64,000 nt of DNA. Source: Azolla caroliniana. Taxonomy: Eukaryota; Plantae; Polypodiophyta. The notes beneath the pieces are model-generated. The model had not been told where the DNA came from. It saw only the letters and a program-made list of their open reading frames with translations, and did not search any database. The translations under genes were made by a program, and so were the position numbers. Positions 35,414 through 49,525 of this stretch are shown here, piece after piece (the stretch's first letter is position 1; every line of letters starts with the position of its first letter). Location of the stretch: positions 8,866,001 to 8,930,000 of the forward strand of contig JBHGNT010000003.1 of assembly GCA_043228905.1 (NCBI GenBank), written 5' to 3'.

Positions 35414-38400
35414 TGTTATGGGCATGACCATATAATATCCCGTGGTGAGAATTTACCGTAGTATTCTATACACGTGGATAAGTGTGAGGGTTAAACGAGA
35501 GTGCAAAGAAGGGGAGGATTACTTTTAATCCTCGGGATTGAGACAACCCATTAGGCCAAGTGTGAACTTGCCTAGGGGCCTTGGGTATCGCTATAAATAA
35601 GAGGCCTAGCTACCCTCATTTCATCATCTTTTGACTACGTCGATACTCTGTTTCGTGGTGGTTCAACTGTTGTAGCAAGCGCGCCAGCACCAGGTACGGC
35701 TCGACGCCACGGTGGTGGTATGGGACGTCGATCGAGGCTTGATTCCGTCAAGTGATCCCTTCGCTCGGGGGTGGTCGGGTGGATCGGCACCCTTCTTTCT
35801 CTCTCTCTATTTTCTATCTATCTATCTTTTATCCTTATCATATACTTACTTTAGATCATATCTCTAATAGTTGGTATCAGAGCGCATGTTCTAATGTTTC
35901 TTTTGTTGTCTTTTCTCTTCTTGATTGATGGTGATCGATTGATGTGGGGTCGGCCTTGATCCAGACAACGATCAACAAAGGAACTTCTGTAATCTTTCTT
36001 GATTTTGTTTTCTATTTTTTTCTTCTCCCTTCTAATCACGTATATGGTCATATCTAATTTCTTTTTCATTAATTCAATGATGTTGTAGTGGTAATTAATC
36101 GGTTATATAAAACGTTTACATATGTGTAGGAGGTCAATACCTCATTTGACATATATTTAATATGTGATTAGTGTCGTATGCGTACGAGGTTAATACCTCA
36201 ATTATGTATTGCGTTCACAAATATATATTACGTTTGTGTATGAGGTCATTACCTTGATTTCTATGTAAATGATATGCGTTTGGTGTCGTATGCGTAAGAG
36301 ATCAATACCTCAATTGCGTATTACGATTAACCCTTAATTTTGGATGTTTCGTGTGCGTAGAGGCTATATGCCTCGATTACTTGTCTAGATTACATCATTT
36401 TTGGCTATGTTATATTACGTTTTCTTTTATATATGCATATGTGGTCACGTGTATACGTATTTGATCGTATATATGTGATAATATACATATGTGTATATAA
36501 GTTATTACGTGATTTCAATATCGAATGTTTTCCTTTTGGGGGAAGGATCTTGGTGGCCGTCCTCACATTTTTGTGAGAATGGCGTTGTCACCATCCCTTT
36601 TTCAACAAATTTTGATTGTTGACATCCCCGTTGGTGACTTTGATTTTGTTACGTAATGAAACAATCTTAGCCACAATGGTGTTGAGAACGTAGGGCTTGA
36701 CCCACTTGATGTGAGGTAGCTCTTATGACACACATATCCAACATCTCTCCCTCATTACGTGGATAGGATGCCACCATGAGATCATTCTTACGAAAGGCAT
36801 TCGTAATGACGTAACCATGTGATGGACCACGTGGGCCTACTACGAAAGGAGGGCTCATTTGGCTTGGCCATTAGGTTGCACTTTGGCGTATGCCATCGTA
36901 ATTACGAGACTTGAGGTTAGGTAACGTACCAACAAAGTTTGTGGTAAACGAGGGGGAAATAAGGACTCTTGACATATATGTTTCTTTCAAAACAACATAT
37001 ATGGGCAAATGCCTCACATATCTCTTATACGCATTTAATATTAAACATTCAAGAAGAACAACCTACTTGGTTCGCTCAAGTATGACCAAGACCATACAAT
37101 ATCGTTGATATATATGACTATAACACATGTTTAGACTTGAGGTCTAAGTGCACTTCGAGGTTCTCGTAATAGGACTTAAAGGGCCAAAACCACATATGTG
37201 GGCACCGAAACATAGTTTATTGTTAACATTTTTTTCGTGTATAAATTATTCATGACACGAACATACATGGTTGAGCCTCGGGGAGCCGCCATGAAAAAAT
37301 CGATATAGAGATCAGGGAAAGACATTAATTTGTCACCCCCATGGTTTTTAAAACATCTTGGTGTTACCATAGTAACCTGATCTTGAACTTTATCTCATAC
37401 ATCTAGAGGGGTATTGACGTGAGATCATGATATTGATTAATGTTTGCCCATGATATGTTTACATCACAACATGATGTTATGACTATTTGTCTAACCTTAT
37501 CCTATTTCTTTGCCAAAAATAATCATTCAATGGCTTTGACCCAATGTCATCCGCTCAAGCGGAAGGAACTCAAGGAAATCCTCCTGGACAAATGTCCATT
37601 GAGATGTATTTTTCACAAATAAGCCAATACCTTAGTTTCACCGCTCAACAAATGACCAAACTTTGGCAATCTCAAAGTGCTCTCGAGGCACGTGTCATTA
37701 GTTTACAACGTGAAACTAATAGACCTTATGAGCGACAGGGTGAACCATCGTTTGTCGTTAAGCCATTTATTGGAGAAAAAAAGGAAAGAACCGAAGAAGT
37801 AATCTGCACGTGGTTGGGCCGATGGGAGTCTCATTTAGAGCTCTATCCCACGCCAGATAGTACGAAGGTTGCATATGTCGGCTGAGAACTAGGGGGTAAG
37901 GTTGTCGCCTGGTTGTGTGGGCTCCGAACTTTGGGGAAATTGCCCGATACCTGGACAAATTTTGTCACAGTTTTTAACGGCCAATTTCTGCAACCTCCCT
38001 CTCGAACCGAGGCAGCACAAGCTTTAATGAACCTCTCTAGCATGAAGTTTTCCTCGCTAGAAGACTATGTTCACCATGCTAGAACTCAAATCCAAAAATC
38101 GGGTTTAGAAGGGGACAACTGGTTAATATCTTGTTTTGTCAATGGCATCCCCAATTCGGACTATCACTGGATAATGCACGATAAGGATCCAAAATCCTTT
38201 GAAGAGGCCATTGAAATAGTTCTTCGCTATCAACGCAATTCGAAGAAGAACCACAACAAACCCAACGAAGCACCCAGGACTAAGCAGTCGCAATTTGCTA
38301 GGAAACGCAAGACACCCAACGAATTCATGGATCGCGATTGTACGCGACAACATCCTTTTTGCGTATTCTGCAAAAAGAAGGGCCACACAAAAGAGCAATG

Positions 38401-39512
38401 TCGAAAGCTCCAACGAAAAGAGCACGATAGCAAAGCTAAAGCTGCAGACCATAAAGGTCAGATTCCTAATGTCCTTCAGGTCTATACACATCATTTAAGC
38501 AATTGTCAATGTTCTTTCCCTCACTATGTATTGGGTCCCAATGATTTACTACGTGCAAATGGGTATATCAATGGATCTCCCGTATAATTTTTGTTTGATT
38601 CGGGAAGCTCACACAACTTTGTGAATGATCGTTCGGTTCAGATATGGGGAATCCAACCCACCATAAGTGATCACACCTATGCGGTGCACTTGGCTCATGG
38701 AAGAGTACAATACATCAACGGGGCGATTCATTCATTAGGAATTTCTATTCATACTTATAAAGAGGAAGTAGAATTCCATGTAATGAATTTTTGTACCACT
38801 GATGTAATATTAGGTTATCCCTGGTTTTATAATAAAAACTCTTCTTTATCTATTGATTGGGTTCATCATTCAATTACATTTGTACTGAACGATTGTACTC
38901 ATTTTATTCAATGTGTTAAAAAACAATCTCTTTCGATTGTTTCCTCTCCATCAATATCCGAGTTGTCTTGTTCTACTTTATTTTATTGTGTACTTGATCC
39001 GGACATACACGTTTACAATATCGATAATGTCTCGGTTCAATTAACATATTCTGAACAACAACTTGATGAAATCTTAAATGTTTTTCGTGATGTTTTTCCA
39101 AGTGAACTACCAGATGGGTTACCTCCTAAACGTAATATAGACCATCGTATAGATATTGTACCTGGCATTGCACCAATAAGTATACCTCCTTATCGCTTAA
39201 GTCGATCCGAAGAGGATGAGGTATCTAAGAAACTCAAGGACTATTTACGAATGGGTTATATACGTTATAGTAAATATCCATGGGGTGCACCAGTTCTCTT
39301 GGTTAAAAAGAAAGAGGGCACATGGCGTATGTGTATTAATTTACGACGCTTGAATAAAGTGACGATCAAGAATTCCTATCCATTGCCCCGGGCTAACAAT
39401 CTAATTGACCATCTCCAGGGAGCTCGGTATTTTACGAAACTTGATCTCCGTACTAGCTACCATCAAATTGGTATAAGTGAGGATGATGTTCCTAAAAATG
39501 GCATTTCGTACG

Positions 39513-39556
39513 TGTAAACGTAAGTGTTTGCGGAAGCGTAAAACAGAGAACAACAA

Positions 39557-39591
<35 letters not shown>

Positions 39592-42500
39592 GAGAGAGAG
39601 ACAGAGAGAGCAGAACGCTATTTCAAAATTATATCAAGACTTTGTACACACACTGTGCTAAGTAGCACTATTTATACAAGTCCTCTTGGGACTGACAGAA
39701 GTACCATGTACTTCAATGCTCACACGAGCATCTGACACTTACTACGAGACTATAGCTACCTAGTAGTCTATCCTATACTAGGCTTCCGATTGGACTGCCG
39801 GTTACGGATTGCACCCGGCCTCCACTGCTTGCCGGTTCGGTTGCTCACCGTCATACCGATCCGTTTCGCCCGATCCGTCTCGCTCACCGGCTCCAGCTTA
39901 TTCAGCCGATCCGGCTCCGGTTGAGCTTGCCGCTCAACACTCCCCCTCAAGCTCAACCTGAGGTGGGGTCGTAGTGTCGACCTCTGTGGCAGTCGGTTCT
40001 TCCAACCGACTTCTCCTGGCGTCACTCCGCCTTGCTCGCGCTCCTCGTCCGGTCCGGTCCCGTTTGCCGCGACCCCTTTGGTTCTGCGCGCCTCGACCCT
40101 CTCGGTCGGCATGTCTGCTCAATAGGCCCATCTCAGCACTCACGTTGTTGTGACTCCGGTGCTTGCCGATCCGTCGGTTCTCCCACGATGGCATCGACTT
40201 CCGTTGTGTCCGTGTCCCCTTGGCCTTCAGTCGATCCGACTCATCCGGATCCATCTGTTGGTCCGAGTCAGTTGTCTCCGACTCGTTCCAGCTCTTGTCC
40301 GAATCGGTACACTCCGATTCGACCTCCGGCTTCAGGCCTCTCACCACATTGGACCACATCCGAGTCTTGGCCTTCTCCATGCTTCCCTCGACTTCTTCAG
40401 CCGGTGAACCGAAATCGAATTCTTCATTTGACTCTGTATCATGGTCAGTACCGTCATGATGACCTCTGCACAGCATGCGCTTCTCTTCCTGAGTGCACAA
40501 CTCTTCTTCACAGCCGCTTGCTCCGACCTGTTTGGATGTGTCGACTTCCTTCATCGACTCGGCTTCCTTCAGCTTCTTGTCTCCTCTTCTTCTGGCTCTC
40601 CTCTTACCGACGGGTTCAACAGGTTTTTGGCCTTTGCCCGTTTCGGTGGAGACTTTGCCCTTGCTTCTCCCCCTCAAGTGTGGCACGTCGAGATGCTGAA
40701 TACCAAGCATGTCGGTAAAGTGCTGCAACTTGTCCGATCCGAGCGGCTTGGTGAAGATGTCGGCAACTTGCCGATCCGTATGAACATACCGTAGGTCAAC
40801 TTCACCGTTCAGGACCCGCTCACGCACGAAGTGGTAGTGCACCTCGATGTGCTTTGTGCGAGCATGGAACACAGGGTTCCTGGCGAGCTGCAGGCTGCTC
40901 ATGTTATCACAGTGAATCGGGATCAGGGTCGGTACCTCGATCCGCATGTCTCGCAGCAGTCGCCAAAGCCAAATGGCTTCAAAGGTGGCAACAGTAGCGG
41001 CCCGGTACTCAGCCTCAGTGCTTGACAAAGCCACTGTGGGCTGCTTCTTGCTGCTCCACGCAACGGTCGCGCTACCTATGGAGAACATGTATCCGGAAGT
41101 GGAGCGGCGATCAGATGCATCGTCGGCCCAGTCAGCATCTGTGTAACTGACAAGCTCTTCGGGTATACCTCGCCGGTATAGCAATCCCCGGTTCTTAGTG
41201 CCGCTGACATACCGTAATATTCGTTGCGCGCACTGAAGGTGCTCCATGGTCGGCTTCTGCATGAACTGGCTTACCATGCCGACCAGATAGCTGATGTCGG
41301 GTTGGGTGATGGTTAAGTAGATCAAGCTTCCGACAACCTGTCGGAACCGTTTCTCATTGCAGGCCGGTCCGGAGTTGGGACGGAGCTTCTGGTTCCGGTC
41401 CAGGGGTGTGGAGACAGGTCGGCAATCTGTCATGCCGAACTTATACAGCATATTCAACACGTAATGTCGTTGTGAGAGCAATATGCCGTCGGGGGTCCGG
41501 ATCACTTCGATCCCAAGAAAATAATGAAGGTCCCCCAGGTCCTTCATTTCGAATGCGTCCGGCAACTGGGACTTGACGCGGTTGATTTCGGGAAGACCCG
41601 GTCCGGTGATGACTAAATCATCCACATACAAGAGTATACATACCGGACCGTCAGAGCCTTGCCGGATGAACAACGAAGAGTCCGATTTAGAGACAGCAAA
41701 CCCCAGCTTACGCAACCGGTGCATGATCTTCGCGTTCCAGGCTCGGGGGGCTTGCTTCAAGCCGTAAAGCGACTTCTTCAGTCGGCATACCGCCGACTCG
41801 TTCATCTCCGATTGAAATCCGGGGGGCTGAGTCATAAAGACTTCTTCTTCAAGCTCTCCTTGAAGGAAGGCATTCTTCACATCCATCTGGTGAAGATGCC
41901 ACCCCCTTGCCGCAACAACCACCAGTACCACACGAACCGTCGTCATCTTCGCCACAGGAGCGAAGGTCTCGTCGTAGTCAATTCCGTGGGTCTGCGCGTA
42001 TCCCTTCGCCACTAACTGGGCTTTGTACCGGTTAACAGAACCGTCGGCGTTGTACTTGACCTTGTACACCCACTTGCATCCGATCAGTTTACAGTGATGG
42101 GGAGGATCAACTAGGTCCCAGGTTTCGTTGGCATCGAGTGCCCGCATTTCTTTGTCCATAGCGGCACGCCAATTTGCGTCCTTTGCCGCTTCTGCGTAGC
42201 TCTCCGGATCACGCACTTCTGTTACCTTAGTCATGTACGCATAATGATGCGCCATGTATTCATTGTACCCGTACCGCATGACGGGATCCTTCTGACGGGT
42301 TGATCGGCGCAACGCACCGTCACCTGATTTGAGGCCCTTCTTGGCCAGTTTGGTCTTCGTTGCCGAAGATCTACCTTTCTCCTTTCCAGAGTCGGATATG
42401 CACCGATCCAACTCATCGTTGCCGGTTTCGAATTCCGGCATCTTCCTCTTCCCCTTCTCTTTGCGCGTGAACCGTTTCCTCGGTGCCTTGCGCGGGGAGA

Positions 42501-45491
42501 GCACGGCAGAGTCTCCACCACTTGCCGTCTCTTCATCCGACTGGTCCAACCGACTCAGTCGCTCGTTCGGTCCACTCAACCGTAACGATTCCGCACTCTC
42601 ATCTTGAGTCCCGGCTTCATCATCCTCTGCCAGGGCTGATTCAGGCTCACTAGCCTGATCTTCCGGCATTGGGTCGGGACCGGAAGTCGGAGTCGGTACG
42701 AAGTACCAAGATGCCGATTCATCGAACTCGACATCCCGGCTAACTCGGACTTCCTTCATCCGGCGGTTATAGCACTTATACCCCTTTTGCTCTTGAGCAT
42801 AGCCGACTAGGATGCATTTTTCCGATTTTGCATCCAGCTTTCTCCGCTTCTGATCCAGCACATGCACATACGCTATGCTGCCGAATATCCGAAGGTGTCT
42901 TAAGTTCAGCTTGCGCCCGAAATACAGCTCATGAGCTGACACCTTGTCACCAATGCGGTTTTGTATGTAGACGGCCGTCTGGACCGCCTCCGCCCAGTAG
43001 AACCGGGGCATGCTCTTCTCCTCCAGCATTGCCCTTGCCGCTTCGACGAGTGTCCGGTTCTTCCTTTCGGCCACACCGTTTTGCTCCAGTGTGTATCTGC
43101 AACTGAACTCTCGTCGAATTCCCTTCTACTGCAGATAACTAGTGAATTGGCCGGAAAATTATTCCTTTCCGCCATCCGACCGAAGGCATTTGATCTTCCT
43201 CTCTGATTCCCGTTCCACCATCTTCTGGAGGCTCCGGAAACAGTCGAAGACTTCGCTCTTCCGCTCAATGAGGTAGATCCAAGTATGTCGAGTATAGTCG
43301 TCGATGAAGGAGACGAAGTATCGGCTCCCGCCAAGGCTTACACTTTGTGCCGGTCCCCACACATCTGAATGGATGAGATCGAGCTTGTTACGGCTCCGGT
43401 TCCGTTCGGTGGGGAATGGAAGCCGGTGTTGCTTCCCAAGTTGGCAGGCTTCACAAATTTCGGCTCTCCGGCCGCTGAACTTCGGCAAACCGAAAACGAC
43501 TTGTTTCGTTTGCAGGTCTTGAAGCCTCTGGTAGTTGACGTGGCCTATCCGCTTGTGCCACAGGTCGATGTCCGACTCGACCTTCTGTCGTTCCGCGAAT
43601 AGAGCGGTGCCAAAGTCATTGGTGTTGAGGATAAACATCCTCCCGTCTCTGCGCCCTTGCGCAATGACTTCGCCCTCATCCTCAATGAAGCACCCGAGGT
43701 GCGTAAACCGCACCTGCATCCCCTGGTCGACAATCTGACCGACGGACACCAGGTTCTTCGTGATTGTCGGAACGTGTAATACGTTCATCAGCTTCCCTTT
43801 CTGTCCGACGTGGCTTAGAGGGACTTCTCCGACGTGCACGATTGGGTGAGGAGTGTCGTCTCTGGTTTCGACTACTCCTGGTTGATCCGGTTTCTCCAGA
43901 AAGGAGAACCACTCTTTGTGGCTCGTCATGTGGTTCGACGCGCCGGAATCAACATACCACACTTCCTCCGTTTTGGAAGTGGTCTTCTTCATTGAGTTTG
44001 CCTTGTGATTCATCACCAAGGTTGGCCCCTTACCGGCCTTTCCAGTTCTGGATCCTCTTGATCCGTTTGCGTAGTGCGAGTTTTGCCGGCCATCCTTACC
44101 GGTCTTGCCGGATCCGGATTTGTCCGAATCGGCACGCTTTCTCCAGCACTCGCTTTCCCTGTGGCCTTTTTTGCCACAGTACCAGCATTCCGTAGCGGAT
44201 TTGTCTTGCCGGCCTCCGGCACCGCCTTGACTCCCCCTGCTTGTGGAAGTCCCGGAACTGTTGTCGGCACGCTCATAGTGCCTCCGTTCCTGCTCTTGCC
44301 GGCCGCCTCTATTGCGTGCCGACCCACCTCTTCCACCACGCCCATGGAGCCGATCCGTACCCGTGTACAGCATTCGGCTGTCCGGAGATGCACTGGTAGA
44401 TGCACCGGCGTGGTTCTCCTCTACAAGGAGCATCGACTATAAGTCGAAGAATGAGGGGGTATTCTCCCTTGTACACACCGCAGTCCGGAACGCTCCGAAC
44501 TTGGACGCCAGGCCTCCGAGACATACCTGCACCATCTCGTCTTCCTCTACGGTAACATTGATAGAGGCGAGTGAGTCGCAGATCTCCTTTATCCGGCCCG
44601 TGTAGTCTGCCACGGACATGTTCTTCTGTCGAACATTGCTCAACTCCTGTCTGAGTTGCAGCTTCCGAGCAGTGGTGCTTGCGGCGAAAACCTTTTTCAG
44701 GTTCCCCCAAGCATCCTTCGGTGTCTTGGCATCACGGATGTGGCTGAGCAGCTGATCGCCGACACTGGACGCGAAGCAGTACATCACCCTGCTTGCCGCC
44801 TGTTCCCATACCGGGAAGTCCTTGCATGCCGAGTCTGGCGCCGCATCATTCGCTCCTTCGACATAACTCCAGTACCCGTGTCCAAGTAGGTACTGGTGCA
44901 TCTTGTAAGACCGGGATGCGTAGTTGCTCCTGTCGAGCTTCTCCACCGGGAGCGACGTGGCCATGCCTCTATCCATGTCTTCTACTGTGTCTATTTTCGA
45001 TAAGTTAGGGTTTTCTTCTCAAGAGTAAATGTCTACAGCAGAGGTTCTCAACCCTCGCGCTCTGATACCATGTAAACGTAAGTGTTTGCGGAAGCGTAAA
45101 ACAGAGAACAACACAGAGAGAGAGAGAGAGAGAGAGAGTGAGAGCGAGAGAGACAGAGAGAGCAGAACGCTATTTCAAAATTATATCAAGACTTTGTACA
45201 CACACTATGCTAAGTAGCACTATTTATACAAGTCCTCTTGGGACTGACAGAAGTACCATGTACTTCAATGCTCACATGAGCATCTGACACTTACTACGAG
45301 ACTATAGCTACCTAGTAGTCTATCCTGTACTAGGCTTCCAATTGGACTGTCGGTTACGGATTGCACCCGGCCTCCACTGCTTGCCGGTTCGGTTGATCAC
45401 CGTCATACCGATCCGTTTCGCCCGATCCGTCTCGCTCACCGGCTCCGGCTTATTCAGCCGATCCGGCTCCGGTTGAGCTTGCCGCTCAACA
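39513..45491 (-). mobile_element. Full-length, young Ty1/copia: LTRs 45071-45491 and 39513-39939, PBS(Met) 45059-45070, TSD GTACG
   Basis: Highly similar LTRs, TSD at 39508-39512 and 45492-45496, PPT at 39940-39951. Confidence 0.97.
39934..44976 (-). pseudogene. Copia gag-pol polyprotein in a single frame with two nonsense codons (44437, 43159)
   Basis: Gag, CWYCGKKGHRESEC, WYVDSGASNHM, HSDVWGP, RSDGGKE, LYVDD, YTDADWA and ADIFTKPL, followed by a ~240-aa C-terminal tail. Confidence 0.93.
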
Positions 45492-45965
45492 GTACGCACT
45501 ATGGCCATTATGAGTTTTTGGTTATGCCTTTTGGTTTGATCAATGCTCCGGCTACATTTCAAGAAGAAATGAATGACATTTTCCGGGAACAACTTGGAAA
45601 ATTTGTCGTTATTTTCTTGGATGATATTTTAGTTTATAGTCGTACATTACAAGAACATGTTAAACATGTCCGCTTTGTTTTACAAACATTGCGTGACAAA
45701 CAGTTTTATGCAAATATCTCAAAATGTGAGTTCTTCAAGAAATCAATTACTTATCTTGGACATCTCATAACCGAACGAGGAGTTGAAATTGATCCTTCTC
45801 ACATCGAGAAAATCAAGTTTTGGCCCACTCTTCGAAATATTCGAGAAGTTCGATCATTCCTTGGTTTTGTCAGGTTTTTGCGAAAATCCCTTCGTAATTA
45901 CTCCCAATTGACGACGTTGTTTACTGATCTTCTAAAAGGTCAAACGCGTAAGTCTACACAACCTA

Positions 45966-48900
45966 TTGTCTCGAAACCAATCAGCATGAGACGTCATAGA
46001 TTGGAGAACAAGAGAAATCCAGTATCGACAAGCCCGAGGATCTACTCATAAGATTGCAACCATTTCGCTACATCAGTTGCGGGAAGAAGGACGCAAGGAA
46101 GAAATGTTTCTCTTCACAATATTAGTAAAACCCTCTGACACCACCAAAGAGGAGTCCACCGTTCAACTTCCAAACAAGTATCATCATAATGCCGATGTGT
46201 TCGATAAAGTACAAGCCAATATGCTTCCTCTCCATCGACCGCATGATTGCCCCATCGATTTACAACCGGGAAAAGAGCCACCATGGGGACTGATCTACAA
46301 TTTGTCACCAACTGAACTAGAATTCCTTCAAGCCTATATAGAGGAGAATTTGGAAAATGGTTTCATTCAGCATTCGAAATCTCCAGCCAGCGCACCCATT
46401 TTCTTCATCAAGAAAAAGGATGGATCACTTCGTCTCATTGTAGATTACCGTGGCTTGAATAAGGTCACCATCAGAAATAGGTATGCACTTCCCCTTATCT
46501 GAAGTATTTTAGAACGGATCAATGGTGCAAGATTCTTCACGAAGATTGACTTACGGGGAGCATATAACGTCGTACGGATCCGACCAGGAGATGAATGGAA
46601 GACCGCGTTTCGCACCAAATGTGGGCACTTCGAGTATACGGTCATGTTGTTCGGCCTCACTAATGCACTAGCAGTCTTCCAGCACATGGCAAATGATATA
46701 TTCCAAGATCTCTTGGATGTTTGTTTGATCATCTATTTGGATGATCTACTGGTTTATTCGAAGACCCAAGAAGAGCATGATTCTCATGTAATGTTAGTAC
46801 TAAAATGACTTCGAGAACATGGTCTTTATGCAAAACTAGAAAAATGTAGTTTCGGGTGCAACCAGGTGGAATTTCTGGGCTATGTCATCTCCTCGAAAGG
46901 CATCTCCATGGATCCAACTAAGGTCAAAACGGTGGTAGAGTGGCAAACTCCGCATTCATTGCGAGATGTGCAATGCTTTTTAGACTTTGCTAATTTCTAC
47001 CGCAAGTTTATACAGGATTACTCAAAGCTTGTTTTGCCTCTCACACAACTTACTAAGAAGGGACAATCGTTTGTTTGGTCTGAAGAAGCGGACATGGCTT
47101 TTGAGAATCTTAAGAAGGCATTTACATCGGCTCCTATTCTAGCTCACGTTGATCCGGAAAAACCATTCATCATGGAAGTAGACGCGTCGGATTTCGCATT
47201 GGGTAGCATTATGTCACAACAAGGTAATGATGAAAAGCTAAATCCTTTGGATTTCCACTCACGCAAGTTTGACGCCGCTGAAATCAACTATGAAATTCAT
47301 GATAAGGAGCTATTAGCAATAGTGGACTCTTTTATGCAATGGAGGCATTTTCTAGAGGGATCCTCTCATTGAGTCACCGTATTCAGTGATCACAAAAACC
47401 TTGCCTACTTTCAGAGTGCTCATGTGTTAAATCAACGTCAAGCTCGGTGGGCCCAATTCCTCACGCGTTTTGACTTCAAATTTACATATTGTCCGAGGAA
47501 GCACCAAGGGAAGGCAGATGCATTATCACGGCGTTCGTATCTAGCACCGCGTCCCGGCGAGCCAGCTTTTGATAACCAAAAGCAATTAGTCTTGGGACCG
47601 GCATGACTACAACCAACACATGTCTTCGACATGCCCTTGGATTCCCACATTATCAGTACCATACGTGAGGACTTGAATATAGATGCTTTCGCCCAAGCCA
47701 TTCTAGCACAAATTGATCCCTCTCGAGCATCTTGTTCACAGTCGCAACAACCAGGTACGAACTATCGACAATTAGAATGTCATGATGGATTACTATTCTT
47801 TAAGAAACTCTTGTATGTTCCTAATGGTTCTTGCCGCCTTCGAGTAGTCCAAAACTGTCATGACACATATACAACTGGGCATTTTGGTAGTACTAAGACA
47901 TTAGATTTAGTACAACGATTTGTCGAAGATTTTGTTCGGACTTGTGATACATGTTGTAGAGCAAAAATGCCAAGGCATCATCCATATGGTTTGTTAGAAC
48001 CATTACCAATTCCAAGCAAGTTGTGGCAATCCATTGCTCTAGATTTCATCACAGATCTTCCAGTCTCTAAGGGATTCAATGTGATTTTAACAGTAGTAGA
48101 TCGATATACGAAGATGGCTCATTTCCTACCATGTACTAAGGAAATCACTTGTGAAGAAACCGCCGAAATTGTCATGCGTGAATTATGTCGGCATCATGGC
48201 CTTCCTGATAATATCATCAGCGACCGTGGACCCTAGTTCGTCTCGAAATTCTGGAAGCACCTTTTTTAAATGCTCAAGGTCACTTGTAACCTCTTCTCCG
48301 GCTACCACCCACAAACAGACAGCCAAGAAGAACAAACAAATTAAACGCTAGAGCAATATCTTCGGTGCTTTCTAAGCTATCATCGGGATGACTAGGTGGA
48401 TATTCTCCACTTTGCCAAATTTACCTATAATAACACTCTCCACTCATCAACTAAAGTTACGCCATTTTATGCTTATACGGGTTGTCACCCCCGGTGGTGT
48501 GTATTTGAAACCTTGGAGTTATCCACAAATCCTTGCGCAGAGGATCGTTTGGAGCGGTTACGTAAGTTACAAGCAGATTTATTTACTCATCTACAGCAAG
48601 CTCAACAAACACACAAGGTTTACGCGGATCGTCATTGGCTTCCATACAGTTTTAACATTGGAGATCAGGTATGACTACTACGACGACACATCAAGACTAC
48701 TCGCCCATGCGAGAAGTTGGATTATCGATGATTAGGTCCTTTCCGTATTATTGGAAAGATTAATGATGTCGCTTTTCGTCTCGATCTACCCCGCAACTTT
48801 GCATACATCCGGTGTTTCATAGTTCTCTCCTCTTCCACAACCTCCACCCCCGATCGAACTTGAAGATAGACCTAAGTACGAGGTTGCCACCATCCTCGAT

Positions 48901-49525
48901 TCCAAGATTGTTCGCAACAAGCTCTACTATTTAGTCGATTGGCTAGGATATAGTCCCAGCAAGCGTACTTGGGAACCAATAGAGAATGTGACCAATGCTC
49001 GTGCTCTTCTTGATGACTTCCATCGTCAATATCTAGATAAACCGGGTCCTCAATCCAAAACGACTCGTGACACTCGTTGTTTTAAAAGGGGGATAGTGTC
49101 ATGATATGGCAAGACTCAAACCCATGACCTTATGTTACATGAGTCGATCTCTTGACCATTACACTATCTATAGCAATACATAGGATTTTATTTTTATTTA
49201 TGTTTTACTATAGAAAATTAATGTATATTCCAGATTTCTCTAGAACATTCTAGAAGCTTCAGGACTACTCCTGAGAACACTGTAAAAGGAGGCACAATGT
49301 ATTATTTCGAACCAAATCGGTTCAACGCCAGTCTTAAGCCTCCTAGCCTTCCTTGTATATTCTTCTCACATAATATATCGTTGTCATCATCATTTTCTCT
49401 CCCTCGATCTCTCTCTCTCTCTCTCTCTCTCCTTCTCTTGAGTGTTCTACACACTCTATTCCTCTTAGTACTAATATTCCTCTCTTAGTACTAATTTCTT
49501 CTCTGTCTTAGTACTATTCTTGACA
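45966..49525 (+). mobile_element. 3' part of a Tcn1-like chromovirus: RT, RNase H, integrase, chromodomain (~48875-49030), PPT 49084-49096, 3' LTR 49097-49525
   Basis: [35 protein letters not shown], and the chromodomain YEVATILDSKIVRNKLYYLVDWLGYSPSKRTWEP. The LTR is TGTCA...TGACA. Confidence 0.92.

Larger units (their letters stand above)
35414..45965 (+). mobile_element. Ty3/gypsy: 5' LTR 35414-~35869, PBS(Met) 35872-35883, long 5' UTR, gag 37544-38587, protease and RT; split by the copia at 39513-45491 and 3'-truncated
   Basis: CVFCKKKGHTKEQC knuckle, [10 protein letters not shown] and [12 protein letters not shown]. The RT reads KMAFRT|HYGHYEFLVMPFGL..FLDDIL across the insertion. Confidence 0.9.

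Noticed and set aside
40032-44889. Many + strand ORFs overlapping the copia pol
   Set aside because: They are antisense shadows of a GC-rich coding strand and show no motifs.
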